Virus record (IMG/VR): IMGVR_UViG_3300036790_000419
Span: 1-64,000 of that record
Direction: 5' to 3' (one strand)
Source: a virus
DNA length: 64,000 nt
Part shown: one piece after another, positions 62,900 to 64,000 of the stretch
Layout: the number at the start of each line of letters is the position of its first letter
How positions within the stretch are numbered: the first letter of the stretch is position 1
Notes under the pieces: generated by a model
The model's database searches: none
What the model saw: only the letters and a program-made list of their open reading frames with translations
Told to the model about the DNA's origin: nothing
Translations under genes and position numbers: made by a program

Positions 62900-64000
62900 A
62901 TGCCGAGAGACGTAATCAGTGACAAGCTCGTTAGCAGCGACCGGGTAGAGCTGTTCGACGCCCTGAAGATGGAGACCGGCGAGTGGGCCCGGCTGTGCGT
63001 GCCCGCCGACGAGAACATCTGGTGGGAGTACGTCCACTCCATGCGCGCGCCCGTCCTCGATGACGAGGACATGCCCGTCATCGAGGACAAGAAGCGCCGG
63101 GACGGCTCCAGCGCCGGCCAGGGCTACTTCATGGGGTTCGTCGGGCAGCGCATCTGCCTCGGCGACCCGGCCATCCTGGAGGACAAGAAGCTGGACCCAG
63201 CCCGCTGCCCGGCGTGCGCCTCGGCCGCGCGCGGGACCGCGGGCATGACTCCCGACCGCCGGTTCGCGGTGCCGGTCGTCCGGTACCAGTGCAAGAAGCG
63301 CAACAACACCGACCTGCCGGCCACGCCTGGCGGCAGCGTGCTGGTGTGGAAGATGAACCAGAAGATGTACAACGAGCTGGTCAAGGACAACAAGAAGGCG
63401 ATCCGGGAGCTACTGGAGATCCCCGAGGGCAAGGAGTTCCCCCTCCGGGTCGCCGACATCGCGGTGTTCTGCGAGAACGGGGACTTCAGCCGCATCGTCT
63501 TCAAGCCGCCGATGCGCCCGGCCTGGGGCAAGGACCCGAGGTACGCCGCCTGGATCAAGGAGCTGAAGGCCGACGAGGGCCTCTGGCCGACCGACGCGCA
63601 GCTGAAGGCGGCGTGCGGCCGGGACGGGGACCGCGAGTACATGGCCCTCGACGTGGCGAGCGTGGAGGACCGCTGGCGCAAGGCCGAGCGGGCCGGCAAG
63701 GACGGCGCGCGCCGGCCGGGCCCGGCCGGGGACGGCCCGGTCTCCGGCGGCCAGTCGGCGGCTGACCTGGACAAGAGCCTGGACGCCCTGCTCACCGACC
63801 ACCCGGGCGGCCTGGACGAGTTCGCGTCGCGTGAGGCAGAGGCTCCCGTGGCGGACGACCCGTTCGCTGAGGACTCCGCGCCGGCTGCGGCGGGCGCCGC
63901 AGCCGGGCAGCCGGCCGACCCGTGGGCTGAGGACTCCGCGCCAGAGGCCACGCCGGCTGCCGCCGCTCCCGCAGCTTCTGGCGGGGCACCGCGGGCGCAG
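62900..64000 (+). CDS. probable single-stranded DNA-binding protein (gp32-like), truncated by the window end
   Basis: CAGGAG RBS; MPRDVISDK...VH...ICLGD...CPAC...RFAVPVVRY; acidic low-complexity tail; replication-gene context. Confidence 0.6.
   Translation, partial: MPRDVISDKLVSSDRVELFDALKMETGEWARLCVPADENIWWEYVHSMRAPVLDDEDMPVIEDKKRRDGSSAGQGYFMGFVGQRICLGDPAILEDKKLDPARCPACASAARGTAGMTPDRRFAVPVVRYQCKKRNNTDLPATPGGSVLVWKMNQKMYNELVKDNKKAIRELLEIPEGKEFPLRVADIAVFCENGDFSRIVFKPPMRPAWGKDPRYAAWIKELKADEGLWPTDAQLKAACGRDGDREYMALDVASVEDRWRKAERAGKDGARRPGPAGDGPVSGGQSAADLDKSLDALLTDHPGGLDEFASREAEAPVADDPFAEDSAPAAAGAAAGQPADPWAEDSAPEATPAAAAPAASGGAPRAQ

Overview
High-GC, almost entirely + strand segment of an actinobacterial phage or phage-like extrachromosomal element. 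No capsid, tail, terminase or integrase gene is recognisable in this window. About 1-39 kb is an accessory region of short hypothetical genes organised as cassettes: [hairpin]-[16-bp palindrome CTTGAC-N4-GTCAAG whose left arm is the -35 of a sigma70-type promoter]-[-10]-[conserved leader ...GGCAACCGAG...AGGGCAGGCAC]-[start codon]. I counted about 41 palindrome copies and about 30 leader copies by eye. About 39-64 kb holds a VirD4-like ATPase, a SNF2-type helicase with a class 3 intein, a full-length ribosomal protein L7/L12 gene (the only convincing - strand gene), WhiG-like and divergent sigma factors, DnaB, clamp-loader delta/delta'-like subunits, a family A DNA polymerase and a probable SSB. 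The most striking element is a candidate ~525-nt structured non-coding RNA (11907-12430) driven by one of the palindrome promoters. It opens with a circularly permuted tRNA-like (YrlA-like) module. It ends in a perfect 16-bp hairpin whose 22-nt loop is the reverse complement of the leader motifs upstream of the cassette genes. This suggests an RNA-guided system controlling translation of the accessory regulon; the function is inferred, not tested.
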